Below, one piece after another: positions 27,241-40,775 of a DNA stretch of 64,000 bases. The notes beneath the pieces were generated by a model. The model searched no databases, had not been told where the DNA came from, and saw only the letters and a list, made by a program, of their open reading frames with translations. The position numbers and the translations under genes were made by a program. The stretch is taken from NCBI GenBank assembly GCA_951406725.2, contig OX597823.1, positions 16,120,001-16,184,000 on the forward strand, read 5' to 3'. The DNA is from Octopus vulgaris (Eukaryota). How positions within the stretch are numbered: the stretch's first letter is position 1; each line of letters opens with the position of its first letter.

Positions 27241-27938
27241 TTAATTATAAAATAGCATTTTGTTACATTTTCGGTAAGACTAGAATATATAAGTCTCTAA
27301 ATTTAAAGTAACAGAAAGAATAGTTTTGAAATAGCGTTAGTTTATTTTAAGTTCGTTTCGTTTTGTTTTGTATTGCTAATTTAATTATTTTCGTATACTT
27401 CTTAGTTATTTAAACAACATATTTCGTGCGAAATAATCCCTCACAATACGTGCAATATACTGTATTTCCCTGCTCATATGATTCTACAAATGATATGACG
27501 CAGCCTGTAATTAGCAAAGAATATTTTCTGACAATTTAATAACACATTATCAAAACTTTAATTTATGAAAATATTTAATTTAGAATAAAATTATGCATTA
27601 ATGGCATTTAATTGACCGCTAGCGAATTTGTTTTCTATGAATTATTCACCGAGCTTCTTTAAACTCCGACATTCCGACTACCCACAAAAGCATTCCAGAG
27701 GTATTATCAAGTCACGATCGTCTGTGTACCCTCTGATCTCTTTCTCATACTGTGGAGATCAGTGGTGCATCCACAGTCCCATTATATTCAGAGGGAGAGA
27801 GAGAGAGGGGGGAGAGAGAAAGAGAGGGAGAGAGGTAGGAAGGTAGAAAGAGAGAGAAAGAGAGAGAGAGGAAGAAAGAGAGAGGGAGGGGGAGAAAGAG
27901 AGAGAAAGAGAGAGAGAGAGGAAGGTAGAAAGAGAGAT

Positions 27939-28020
<82 letters not shown>

Positions 28021-28022
<2 letters not shown>

Positions 28023-28398
28023 GTTTCTTTATTGGCCACACAGGGCTGCACACAGATGGGACAAGTTACAAGGTAGAGCTTTTCTTTTGGGGGAGAAAAA
28101 AAAAAAGGTGGCGTAGCTTTTCGATCAAAAGGGATCGTAAAAGGGAAAAAAGAACAAAGAAAAAGAAAAAAAAGGAAAGGGGAAAAAAAGAAAAGAAAAG
28201 AAGAAAAAAAAGAAAGGGAAAAAAAGAAAAGAAAAATGAAAACAGAAGAAAAAAAAAGAGGAAAAAAGGGGGAGAGGAAAAAAACGATCAATGGGGATCG
28301 TGTATCACAGTGTCATGATGTATGGTGTAAAGGGGAAAGCAAGTAAGGTTTATCCGTGGGAAGAAAAGCCTACGAAAAAGACCACGGTAACCTTGGTC
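28021..28398 (-). mobile_element. Tx1/L1-like non-LTR 3' UTR inserted in (GATA)n
   Basis: Minus strand is T-rich and ends GGCCAATAAAGAAACTT then (TATC)n; GATA tracts on both sides; clade assignment is an inference. Confidence 0.6.
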
Positions 28399-28482
<84 letters not shown>

Positions 28483-28917
28483 GATAAAAAGAGTAATATC
28501 TAAGGAAAAATATGTTTATCGAGAGTATCACTGATAGCTGAAAACTTCGCCTTCGTTTACTGAACGCAAATTGATATCGTAATGTGTTTATTCGTATATC
28601 AATTAAAAGAGGAAGGGGGAGAGGAAGATCGAGCCAGAAAACGAAAGTTGAACCTATACTAAAGACTAACCAGACATACCAAAACAAACGTATCTACTTT
28701 TGGAAGGACCTGAAACTCACAGTCCTTAAACTCACTAACAATGTGTGCATTTGTGCTAGTTGCATTTCTGTTTATCCAGACAAAGACGTACGGGTATGTG
28801 TGAATGTATGATTGTATGCATGCCTGTATGTATGTATAAATGTGTGTATGTATGCGTGTACGGATGTAGTTTTTCTATAGTGTGGCACTGTTGTTTCGGA
28901 AAAATTTGGATTTTGAG

Positions 28918-29156
28918 TTACTCTTACTCTTTACTCTTTACTCTTTTACTTGTTTCAGCCATTTGACTGCGGCCATGCTAGAGCACCGCCTTTAATCGAG
29001 CAACTCGACCCCGGGACTTATTCTTTTTTTTTGTAAGCTCAGTACTTATTCTATCGGTCTCTTTTGCCGAACCGCTAAGTAACGGGGACATAAACACACC
29101 AGCATCGGTTGTCAAGCAATGCTAGGGGGATAAACACAGACACACAAACACACACA

Positions 29157-29224
<68 letters not shown>

Positions 29225-29391
29225 TACGACGGGCTTCTTTTCAGTTTCCGTCTACCAAATCCACTCACAAGGCTTTGGTCGGCTCAAGGCTATAGTAGAA
29301 GACACTTGCCCAAGGTGCCACGCAGTGGGACTTAACCCGGAACCATGTGGTTCGTAAGTAAGCTACTTACCACACAGCCACTCCTGCGCCT
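28918..29391 (-). mobile_element. SINE family B, full length
   Basis: Reverse complement of 8997-9403. Confidence 0.9.
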
Positions 29392-29522
29392 ATGGACTTT
29401 CTTCACAGACGCGGATGAAAAATCGATATCTTAGGACATGAGCGGTAGCCGAAGTTGATTCAGGCTAGTGGATGTCAGAACCCGTACAATGGCAGGGCAG
29501 TCTTATTTCTTCTTTAGTGAAT

Positions 29523-29754
29523 TGTTTCTTTATTGCCCACAAGGGGCTAAACACAGAGGGGACAAACAAGAACAGACAATGGGATTAAGTCGTTTCACAT
29601 CGACCCCAGTGCGTAACTGGTACTTAATTTATCGACCCAGAAAGGATGAAAGGTAAAGTCGACCTCGGCGGAATTTGAACTCAGAACGTAACGGCAGACG
29701 AAATACAGCAACGCATTTCGCCCGGCGTACTAACGATTCTGCCAGCTCGCTGCC
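29523..29754 (-). mobile_element. SINE family A with ~21-bp TSD
   Basis: CTTATTTCTTCTTTAGTGAAT on both flanks. Confidence 0.9.
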
Positions 29755-29994
29755 TTATTTCTTCTTTAGTGAATGACCTACTCTTAGCATGCGCCTGTGC
29801 CATGGGGGATTGATAGCTGGCAAAAGATCCTTATTCTTAAGAATCAGAAGAGTTCAAAATTTTCGGCTTCGTTAACCATCCTTCGTTGACGGATCTTATT
29901 CTATGGACATTTAAAAAATTATGCATACTGGATTCACTTACACTTTAATGTTCTTTCCCATTGATATTTCTCATTCAATATCTACCTCATCCTA

Positions 29995-30730
29995 AATTAA
30001 GTACCAGTTACGCACTGGGGTCGATGTAATCGACTTAATCCCATTGTCTGTTCTTGTTTGTCCCCTCTATGTTTAACCCCTTGTGGGCAATAAAGAAATA
30101 AGAAACGTTGGCAGGCCGGGCAACATTTCATCTATCTCTACTTTCTGAGTTCAAATTCCGCTGGGGTCGACTTTACCTTTCATCCTTTCGAGATCGATGA
30201 AATAAGTACCGGTTAAGCACTGGGGTTGATGTAATCGTCAAGTCTCCTCCCCCAAAATTTCAGGCCTTATGCCTATTGTAGAAAGGATTATTATAAGGAT
30301 TTAAGGCAGCTAGCTGACAGAATTGCTTTGACGCTGGGCGAAATATTTAGCGGTATTTCGTTGCTCATTACATTCTGAGTTCAAATTCCGCCGAGGTCGA
30401 TTTGTCTTTCATCCTTTCGGAATCGATAAAATAAGTACCAATTGATCATTGGAATCGATGTAATTGACTATCTCCTCCCCCGAACTTGCTGGCCGCATGC
30501 CAAAATTTGAACCTATTATTATAAGGACTTAACGCGGCAAGCTGGCAGAATCGTTGGCGTGTCGGAATAACGCTTTGCAATATTTTTTATAGTGCTTTAC
30601 GTTGGGAGCTTAAATACTGCCAAGGTCAGCTTGGTCTTTCATCCCTCTGTGGTCGATGAAATAAAAGTACCAGTTAATCCCGTCATCCCCAAATTACTGG
30701 ACTTGTGCCTGATTCAGAAAGCATTGTTAT
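29995..30730 (+). mobile_element. Head-to-tail cluster of family A SINE copies
   Basis: Three to four successive copies of differing divergence. Confidence 0.8.
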
Positions 30731-30852
30731 CACGAGGACTCCATAATAATGGCGTTAGAGAAAAAAAAACAATTCATGACTCTTACAAGTGTTTCCACAC
30801 GAAAATATTGTGTAACAAATATTCTATGGTATTATGCAGTATGTACTCTAAA

Positions 30853-31228
30853 CTGTAGAGGCGCAGTGGCCCAGTTGTTAGAGCAGCAGACTCGCGGTCG
30901 TACGATCGCGGTTTCGATTCCCAGACCGGGCGTTATGAGTGTTAATTGAGTGAAAACACCTAAAGCTCCACGAGGCTCCGATGGCGAACCCTACTATACT
31001 CTTTCACCACAACTTTCTCTCACTCTTTCTTCCTGTTTCTGTTGTACCAGTACTTCAAAGAGCCAGCCTTGTCACACTCTGTGTCACGCTGAATTTCCCC
31101 GGGAACGACATTAAGGGTACACGTGTCTGTAGAGTGCTCAGCCACTTGCCCGTTAATTTCATGAGCAGGCTGTTTCGTTGATCGGATCAACTGGAACCCT
31201 CGTCGTCGCAACCGACCGAATGCCACTC
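30853..31228 (+). mobile_element. SINE family C (tail type 1)
   Basis: Matches 5386-5781. Confidence 0.9.
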
Positions 31229-31249
31229 TAGGATTTAAGTATTTGCGTA

Positions 31250-31982
31250 ACAAGTTTTATGTTCTGTCAGACGCCAAGTTTGAAGAGAGAGTATTTGGAG
31301 GACCAGATAGGGAAACTTGTCAAGGACGAAAATTTTGAAAACTCTCTTAGTGATTCTGAAAAAGATGCACGGATTAGTTTTAAAGATGTGGTGAAGAACT
31401 TCATGGGTAATCTCAGGGACATAGAAGAATGCTGGAAAAGTTCCAAGGCTTGGGATGTAAAAGAAGCATTAAAGTTTTTTGTTTTCCTATATAACCATTT
31501 GGATTTTTTTCCGGAAAACCTGGTGGAGGTGAGTGAGGAGCAAGGAGAAAGGTTCCAAGACACAAAGGAGATGGATAAAAGACATCAGAGAAGATGGAAA
31601 ATCATTACGATGGTCGATTAATGCTGGATGTTGTACTGTGAATGTCCATCAAACGCTCGCAAATGAAAGAGCTACAGACGTAGTTTCCAAGTGAAAAAGA
31701 AGAGATTTTGAGGTGCTGAATCCAAAATATGATTGAAACTCTTCTAAGAACCTATTTTTTTTCACCTTTCAATTGCATTTGTGCCTATTTATTTTGCTAA
31801 ATAAAGTATCAAATACGTTTTTTATTGGTTTAATTTCGTTCTTTGTAGATTAACCTACAAATTATGATAATTAGGTCGTGAAATAACATACGATAATGGG
31901 TGAGAGCACCACAGAAATAAATAAAGTAACATGCAATTATGGAAACAATTTTCAAAAATTTCCATTTCGCAGACCCATGTAA
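31250..31982 (+). mobile_element. Chapaev/CMC-type DNA transposase remnant
   Basis: FLYNHLDFFPENLVEVSEEQGERFQ...RRW...MVD; superfamily assigned from recalled motif only. Confidence 0.55.
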
Positions 31983-32000
31983 TAGCACTCTCAAGACATA

Positions 32001-32295
32001 TATATATAAATTAGAAAAAAAGAAACACCTTTTATCAATTCAATAATGAAAAATTAAATTATACCATTTAGAAAAATTACATATTATAGAAAGATTAAAT
32101 ATAAAATAAAACATATAACAATGATTAAGTAATATACAAAATAGTACTATTTTTTGCACATTACTTAATCATTGTTATATGTTTTATCTTATGTTTAATC
32201 TTTCTATAATATGTAATTTTTCTAAATGGTATAATTTAATTTTTCACTATTGAATTGATAAAAGGTGGGGGTTTTTTTCTGATATATATATATAT
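32001..32295. repeat. ~140-bp-arm AT-rich foldback between (TA)n tracts
   Basis: Arms centred on AAATAGTACTATTT at ~32145. Confidence 0.85.
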
Positions 32296-32370
32296 ATCAT
32301 ATTTTGTGAAATTTGATTTAGTATTTCTAAATTGAATTTTTCCCTGTAGGTTTGGAATAATATTCCCTCA

Positions 32371-32459
<89 letters not shown>

Positions 32460-32935
32460 GCTAACAGGGAATTGCTCTTAAACATGATTTTTTTAAACGT
32501 ATTCATGCAAATATAAAACCTGAAAGGGAACTTCCCACAAGTTTCTTCAATCACACGGTTAGTTACGCCAAACTGGAGGACTAAAAGAATGGTTTAAAGA
32601 CAAAGTGAATACCACTTTGAATAGGATCGACATTAACTTTTCAAAAGTGGAAAATTTTGCTGTTTGCCATTAAATTTGGCTGTCTCTGTTAGAGTGGATG
32701 CAAATACGGAGCAGAAATGCATTCGGTACTAGTAAGAAAAGTGATGAAAGATGTATACTCACAGACTTACACCTGGCCTTTCCAGCAAGGCATTTACATT
32801 CCTGTCAATGAATGATGATGTAGACCAAGAATTGAGATCTTGTCAGTAAAGTATTCACAAATGACGATGATCGTCATCAAACTCGATGGGAAACCAAAAC
32901 AGGTAAAAGTAAAAGTGCGTGTTTTTGAGGTCACA

Positions 32936-33830
32936 TACAAGGTGGTATCAAAGAGTTACCGAGTTAGTTCTGTAGCGCACCACCAGATGGCAGCACACGG
33001 TTGTATGCGCAGTAAGAGCTAGCAGTGGCTTTCATGAGGCAGTGTGACTAATAACATCGTGCTGTTTGTTTACTTCGCAAGTTGTGAAATTTGTGTTTTT
33101 CTGATCATGTGTATGATGAAGTCTGCGATTTTGTTACGGATAAGAACAAAGGGCTGACGTGAAATTTTGCGTTACACTTAGGAAGTCTGCTAAAGAGTCA
33201 TTGAGCATGCTTCGGTAAGCTTAAGGCGACGAGGCGCTTCAAAAGCGGAAGAACATCCTTGGAAGGCGACGAGCGATCTGAAAGATCTGCCACGAGCGTC
33301 ACTCCAGGAAATGTGGTACTGCACATAGAGAATTCGTTCCCCATGGCCAAACCATCAATCGAGAGTTCTACTGCGACGTTTTGAAACGTTTGAGGGAGGA
33401 CATTTGGCGAAAGTGACCGGATCTGCAAAGTGTAAAGAATTAGATTCTTCACGGCAACAATCCACCCGGTCACCGAGCTCTCTCCTCACTCGTGAGTTTC
33501 TCGTCAAAAACAACATGGTGTCGCTTCTGCCATATTCGCCAGATTTAGCACCTGCGGACTTCCATATTTTCCCCCCAAGATGAAAATGCAGCTCAAAGGT
33601 CGCCGTTTTAACACTGTTGCTGAGATCCAGAATGAATCACAGAAGGTCCTTAACTCGCTAACAGAAAACGACTTCCGGGCCGGTTTCCAAAAATGGCAGG
33701 AACGCTGAAACCGGTGCATTGCTGCACGAAGAAACTATTTCGAAGGAGATGATGTTAAAACTTTGGTAAATAAGTTTGTTTCTTTTTATTAAACATAACA
33801 AGTCCTGGAAATTTTCGATACCACCTCGTA
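32936..33830 (+). mobile_element. Internally deleted mariner element
   Basis: TA-flanked TIRs TACAAGGTGGTATCAAAGA/TTTTCGATACCACCTCGTA; YSPDLAPADFHIF motif at ~33533. Confidence 0.9.
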
Positions 33831-34076
33831 TGTGTCTCTGTGTGAGTAAATTTCTAAGATATTTCATGTTTAACTGAAGCTATGATAGAGAGGAGAAAGA
33901 AAAAGAGACTGTTTTTTAACAAATTATAATCTACAAAATATCAGATGAATATACACAAAGTATCGTATGTAGTCAAAAATATAACTGACATGTCGTATCT
34001 ACAACTGATCTAAATGACTGGCAGATGAGAGTCAAATGAAAAAAGAAAAGTAATCTAAACAGACAATGTGTCTACA

Positions 34077-34107
<31 letters not shown>

Positions 34108-35150
34108 CTGTGTGCATATGCATGTATATGTATGTAAAATGAAATGGCTAAAAACTAAATATAATTATCTCATACATGTTGCAGTAAATATATGCCTGTA
34201 TTAGATATGTCTTACTCGGACATAAGTTCATGTCGTGGTGAGTTATTACTTCTTTGCTGAGTTTCAGGTGTGAACTTTGAAGCTAATTTCTGAAACACAG
34301 TAGGAAAAAAGTTCTTTACTTTGTTATAAATCGAAGAAAACTGTTACGTAGAATGAAGCAGGGATCAATACATCAACACTGAACGTGAATGAACAAACAG
34401 CGTGGAGGAAGATGTAGGTGGCTGTTTGGGAGAAAAAAAATTAAGTAGAAATAAATACTTGAGAAAGAGGCAAGATGGAAGAGAAAAATAAAGAATCCTA
34501 ATATGAAATAGTTAATGTATTCGTGCGGTTTTAACCCGGTTAAACTGCACCTGTTACATGAAGTCCCGTAAAAAGTGATGCTCCAAATGTCTGCATTTCT
34601 CGCATATTTCTAATCACATGGAGATGTTTTTGGATGTTTTAAAATTTTACATTTTCTTAACTGTGCACAGATAGTATATTTTGTTTGCTTTCTGATAGGC
34701 TTTAGAACTTTCTATGATTTGCCATTTAATATTATAATCTAAGGCTTTTCTTTTAATTATCAGATGTACCAGGCTAATTTGTTTGTGTTCTTTTTATTTT
34801 TAATCTGTCCGATTAAACGTATAATTATTGAATATTTCCTACAGCTCCCTTCCTGTCATATATATGTACCGTTTATAAGACACTTCTAGGTTGGGTTTTA
34901 TATGGTCCTAAAGTTTCAGGATTTCTCTGGTGTACAATTATTTGCATTTCAGTATGATCATGAAGCTTCAGTTTTTTTTTTTTGGCGGATTATATGATAT
35001 ATCTTTCGTGTTCATGAGAGACTCTGGCATATTTTCAGGTTGCGTCTATTAAAATATTTTCTCTTTCTACGATTAACAGAGAAGTTCAAGTCTGTTATTA
35101 AATTCAAGATTGAATGACTAAAGTAGTGTACATTATGTAGAATTACAATA

Positions 35151-35860
35151 TACGAGGATAAATAAAAAAATTATACACACTCTTGTTTCTGTAATTTATC
35201 AAAAGAAAAGCAGAGATTGAACAATTACATCATTTATCGATATACTCTCTTTGCTTTACGATACATTTCCACCGGAGAAAGTTTTCGGCTGGTTGAGCAG
35301 ACATTTATGCGCCGCTTCCAGCATTTCTTTGTCTGTAGCAAATCATCGACCTCGTAAAGGATCTTTGAGCGATCCAAAGAGGTGATAGTCGGAAGGATCA
35401 AGCTCTGAACTGTATGCAAGATATTCCACCTAATGAAAACCCAAATTTTCAACGGTGTGGGCGGCTGGATGTTGGCGTGCATTACCGTGCAACAGTAACA
35501 CTCCTTCGGCAATAGACCTCGGCATTTGGTACGAATTGCTGGTTTCAGTTTGTTGGCCAGAATTTCACTGAAGCCTATACTGGTGACTGTAGACCTCTTT
35601 TCCAGGTAATGTACCAGTATAGACCATTTTGTGTCCCCAAAAATGGTTAGCATCACTTTTTCTACAGACGGTTGAGTCTTAAATTTCTTTTTCGCTAGCA
35701 ATTCCGGATGTTTCCACTCCATACTCTGCCTTTTGGATTCTGGCAGAAAGTGGTGAACCCAGGTCTCATTTCCAATTATTATTCTCTCTAAAACAAGAAA
35801 ATTTCGCCATTATAATTGTAGCGGTGAAGTAAACGTTGACAGATCTCCACGCGATTTTAT
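35151..35860 (-). mobile_element. mariner transposase remnant
   Basis: MEWKHP..KKFKTQPSVEKVMLTIF; TIR-like TACGAGG at 35151. Confidence 0.85.
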
Positions 35861-36889
35861 TTAATGAGTTCTGATATTTCGAGTCAAAACTTTTTATCAA
35901 ATGCTTTAAAGAATGAGAGGAGTGTGTAAATTAGGTCTCCATTTTGAATTCAACTTACCACTCTCAGTGCTGGAACCAGGACCCAGAGAACTCTTTCGCT
36001 TGGTTTTGTTTTGGTCAGCGGTGACAGGGAATTGCAGTTAAAGAGGGAGAGTGTTGAACATCAGCAACGTCAAATGCACCGGTGCCAACTCTTAAAAGTG
36101 TTCGGAAAATCTGTTGTCCTCGGTCCAAAAGCTCTCCTATCTCCCAACCAATTTGTAACAGTGAGGATATATTGGAAGCATTAGGGTTATGACAAATTAC
36201 CGGGAAAATAAGGAGGAAGACTCATTAGAGAGGAAAGAGTATTCTCAACCTAAAGAAAGATAAAACGCAGTAAGGGTAACAAAAAATACAAGAAGATCAC
36301 GGTCGTTCGAAAGAAGAATCAGTATTCGTCGAAAAAAGTCGATGTTAAAAAGATTAACGCATTTGACACCAACGATATAGTTTCAGTGTGCTCACTACTG
36401 AAAATTAAATAGAATCAGAATAAATTAGACACACCGTGTTATTTTTACGAAAATTCTGAAGCAGGAGTATTTGAAAGACATGAGATAGTTTTTGTATTTA
36501 CTTGTTTTATGATCAGTTCCTGCCAGACTACTGCCTATATACGTCTATACAGTAATAGTTCCAATTGTCCGATTACAAATGGAGGGTCGCGAAAATATTT
36601 ATTTGATCCGACGAAGATCAAGTTTAAGAAAAACTGGTTTGCATAACTTATTCAGCTAACGTTAGTGAAAATAAGACAACCCTTAATCTTTAAAAAAAAA
36701 ACTCATTTCGAGAGGTAAACAAAATACGATTATTTGAAAGTTTTCAGAAGACAAAAATTTAAGCAAGATGTCTGTCTGTCTTGGTAAGAGTTAAATATAT
36801 ATTCCTTTTATTCATTTTGAAGCTTTTCATCTTCAATATCTCATTAAAAGTGTATGGGGCACACAAAATATCCATTTCGATTTATTTAT

Positions 36890-37437
36890 TTTCATTTATG
36901 CGCCCTTTTCAAGCCTAGCCAGGTTCCTGGACCCGGTTTCTGTGGCGTATGTGTTCCCCCCAGCTGGACGGGACACCAGTCCATCGCAGCATTACCCAAG
37001 AAACAAGAAGAAAGAGTGAGAGAAAGTTGGGGCGAAAGAGTACAACAGGGGTCGCCACCACCCCCTGCCGGAGCCTCGTGGAGCTTTTAGGTGTTTTCGC
37101 TCAATAAACACACACAACGCCCGGTCTGGGAATCGAAACCGCAATCCTCCGACCGCGAGTCCGCTGCCCTAACCACTGGGCCATTGCGCCTCCACAAATG
37201 CGCCCTTTTATAACCTAGCCAGGCTCATGTGCCCGGTTCAATGGCATATGTGTTCCCCAGCTGGACGGGGCGCCAGTCCATCGCCGCGTTACTCATCTTT
37301 GCCAGCTGAGTGGACTGGAGCTACGTGAAATGAAGTGTTTTGCTCAAGAACACAACGCGTCGCCAGGTCCAGGAATCGAAACCACTATCTTACGATCATG
37401 ATGCTGACACCCTAACCACTAAGCCACGCGCATCCAC
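36890..37437 (-). mobile_element. Two tandem tRNA-SINEs sharing one TSD
   Basis: Heads at ~37437 and ~37195 with the same tail type 3; TTCGATTTATTTA flanks the pair. Confidence 0.8.
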
Positions 37438-37840
37438 TTTCGATTTATTTACTTATTCGTTTATGTCATACACGACAGCCAAAATGTTTTAGTACGTTTC
37501 TCGTTAGGGCTAATTTTATATTAATTGGCTCTGTTTTCGTCATTTAAGAGAATCTCTGCTTGAGAATGACATTGCGATCGAAAATGAGAAAGAGATATGG
37601 AGACAGAGAATTAGAGAGATAGAAAATAGTGAGCAACTTTGTGGTCGTACTCAGGAGATGATGAAGTAATAAATGTGTGTGCGTATGTACGAACATATAT
37701 ATATATAAAGTTCAGCAAAATTTTGATTCAGATAAATATGGTACTTAAGTTAAAGGCACCAGAATTTTGTATGGTATTATCCATATAAATCAAATGGGGT
37801 GATTATAATCAAAATAAACAACAAGGATATCCAAGGTAGA

Positions 37841-37926
37841 GTAGTACAATTGTTTCATACTACTTCATTTTATTAAACCCTGTAAGTATTACATCAGTTT
37901 TAAAATGTCGAGCAATCTTCAGCCAC
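37841..37926 (-). ncRNA. Type I hammerhead (mirror copy)
   Basis: Reverse complement of 38174-38257. Confidence 0.65.
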
Positions 37927-38173
37927 ATATAGAATTTTCCAATTAAACGGACAATGCACATTCTTATCCCTATTTCATTTGCCAACTTTATAAAGAGGGT
38001 AGATATATAGACAGAGAGGTTAATTTCATTCTTAAGAATGAACCAGAGAGGTTAATTTCATTTCTTAAGAATGATATTAACTTCTCTGTCTATATATCTA
38101 CCCTCTTTACAATGTTGGCAAATGAAATAGCGATAAGAATGTGCTTTGTCTGTTTAATTGGAAAATTCTATAT

Positions 38174-38257
38174 GTGGCTGAAGATTGCTCGACATTTTAA
38201 AACTGATGTAATACTTAGTGTTTAATAAAATGAAGTAGTATGAAACAATTGTACTAC
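38174..38257 (+). ncRNA. Type I hammerhead ribozyme
   Basis: GTGG-CTGAAGA-long stem II (TGCT/AGTA, CATTTT/AAAATG, AAAC/GTTT)-GAAAC-AATT-GTA-CTAC; palindrome ACAATTGT. Confidence 0.7.
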
Positions 38258-38289
38258 TCTATCTTGGATATCCTCTTTGCTTATTTTGA

Positions 38290-38340
<51 letters not shown>

Positions 38341-38388
38341 CGCCTGTGTGTAGTCGAGTAGTATATCCTCAGTTATGGCATATAACCT

Positions 38389-38711
38389 GAAGGCGCATGG
38401 TTCAATGGCTAGAGCGTCGGGCTCACAATCATGAGGTAGTGAGTTCGATTCTCAGACTGGGCCATGCATTGTATTCTTGAGCAACAATTTCACGTTGCTC
38501 CAGTTCACTCAACTGTAGAAATAAGTTGCGACCGGTGCCAAGCTGTATCGACCTTTCTCTTGGATAAAATCAGTGGCGTGGAAAGGGAAGGCTGGTATGC
38601 ATGGGCGACTGCTGGTCTTCCATAAAACAACCTAGCTCAGACTTGTGCATCGGAGGGTAACTTTCTAGGTGCAATCCCATGATCATTCATGACCGAAGGA
38701 GGTCTTTATCC
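38389..38711 (+). mobile_element. tRNA-derived SINE (further family)
   Basis: A box TGGTTCAATGG, B box GTTCGATTC; TSD TATGGCATATAACC. Confidence 0.85.
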
Positions 38712-38989
38712 TATGGCATATAACCGGTCACGAAGATTCCGTTGGTTTCGCGTCTGCTACAACACTTGGCAATATAGACAACACAACAGCTGTAGAATAA
38801 CTATGGGTGGAGGGACAAGGGTGCACGTGCCTCCGGCGCTTCATCAAAAGCAAGAAAGATTAGATTTTAAACAACTGTATTTTCTTTTATTACATCTCAT
38901 TTCACACATTAGGTTTTTTAATGTTTCAATCGAGGAAAGGTGGTGCATTAAATGGTTAAAATAAGGAGGTTTCGGAAAAGTAACCATTC

Positions 38990-39180
38990 TCATTTACTCT
39001 TTCACTCTTTCACTTGAGCACCACCTTTAGTCGAACAAATCGATCCCAGGACTTATTCTTTGTAAGCCTAGTTCTTATTCTATTGGTCTCTAATTGCCGA
39101 ACTGTTAAGTTACGGTGACGTAAACACACCAGTATCAGTTGTCAAGCGATATTGAGGGGACAAACAGACACACAAACATG

Positions 39181-39215
<35 letters not shown>

Positions 39216-39390
39216 ACATACATACATACGACGGGCTTCTTTCAGTTTCCGTTTACCAAATCCACTTACAAGGCTTTGGTCGGCTCGAGGCTATTGTAGA
39301 AACACTTGCCCAAGGTGCCACGCAGTGGGACTGAACCCGGAACTATGTGGTTCGTAAGCAAGCTACTTACCACACAGCCACTCCTATGCC
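38990..39390 (-). mobile_element. SINE family B
   Basis: Similarity to 28918-29391. Confidence 0.85.
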
Positions 39391-40021
39391 CATGAATATA
39401 TTTTGAATTACAGGCTGTACCGAACCGGTAGGATGCTCAATAAATGATTGACCCGATCATCATTTAACATTCGTTGTCCATGCTGGCATGTGTTGGACAG
39501 TTTGACAGCCGCTGCTGAGGCCAAGAGTCACACCAACTCCAGTTGTCTATTTTGGCAAGGTTTCTACAGCTGGATGCTCTTCCTAACCACATAATTTCTA
39601 TATTTCTGTTTCTGCTGGTAAACAAAAAAAAAATCTTGGTATTTTTAAGGCAGTGCTCTAGCATGGTCACAGTGAAATGACTGAAACAAGTAAAAGAATA
39701 GAAGACTATCCTGAGGTGCTGCCATAACAATGTTCAGAATTTCAAAGGTTATGATGAGTACAGACCTGATACATAAATTAGGACTCATCATAGCTCTTAA
39801 TAAAATTTATTAATCCATGCATATAATGCAAGTAGAATATTCAAAATTACAGATGATTGCTGAACACTCCAATTTCTGCACATTATAAAGAATGACTATA
39901 TTCCCATAAGTGATTTGCTTCTCAACATCCCAGTTTCAACCACTCTACCTATTTTGCAAATTATTTTAAGAATTAAGGAATATCAAGAACGCAGGATAAT
40001 ATATTATTATGTTCAATAATT

Positions 40022-40240
40022 AAGGCGGCGAGCTGGCAGAATCGTTAGCACACTGGACAAAATGCTTAGCAGTATTTCAACTGTTGCTATGTTCTGAGTT
40101 CAAATTCCGCTAAGGTTGACTTTGCCTTTCATCCTTTAGGGGTCAATAAATTAAGTACCAGTGAAATTCTGGGGTCAATGTAATTGACTAGTCCTCTCCC
40201 CCAAAACTTCAGGCCTTGTGCCAATAATAGAAAGGATTAT
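40022..40240 (+). mobile_element. SINE family A variant
   Basis: Head GGCGGCGAGCTGGCAGAATCG. Confidence 0.85.
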
Positions 40241-40733
40241 TTATGTTTCAATGATAGTTTCAAACGAAATAAAAATGTTTTCATATTTACTTCATCCTGT
40301 GTTTTTACTAAATTTACTTATATCATTTATACTTTTGAATTGAAAAATATACTGTTAATACTGTGTGTGAGAGAGAGAGACCATCACTGCTTTAACATCC
40401 ACTTTCCATGCTTGTTAGGGTCACACAGAATTCGTTGAGGTGAACTTTCTACAGCTGTATGAGCTTCCTGTCACCAACCCTCATCTATTTCCAAGCAAAT
40501 TAATTTTTTCCCACAGCCACACATGGTTTCCACGTAAGACAGGAAATGAGCAATACACACACAATGGGCTTCTTTCAGTTTCTGTCAACCAAACCCACTC
40601 CCAAAGCTTTTGTTGGCCTGCGAATGAAGTAGAAAACACTTGCCCAGGTGCAGTGCAGTGAGATTAAATTCAGTACCACATGATTAGGAAGCAAACCACC
40701 TGACCACAATTATAACCATGCTGTTTTAATTAC

Positions 40734-40775
<42 letters not shown>

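Larger units (their letters stand above)
37706..38290. mobile_element. Inverted-duplicated PLE-like element with a hammerhead in each arm
   Basis: ~220-bp diverged arms 37809-38030/38068-38289; TA flanks. Confidence 0.75.
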
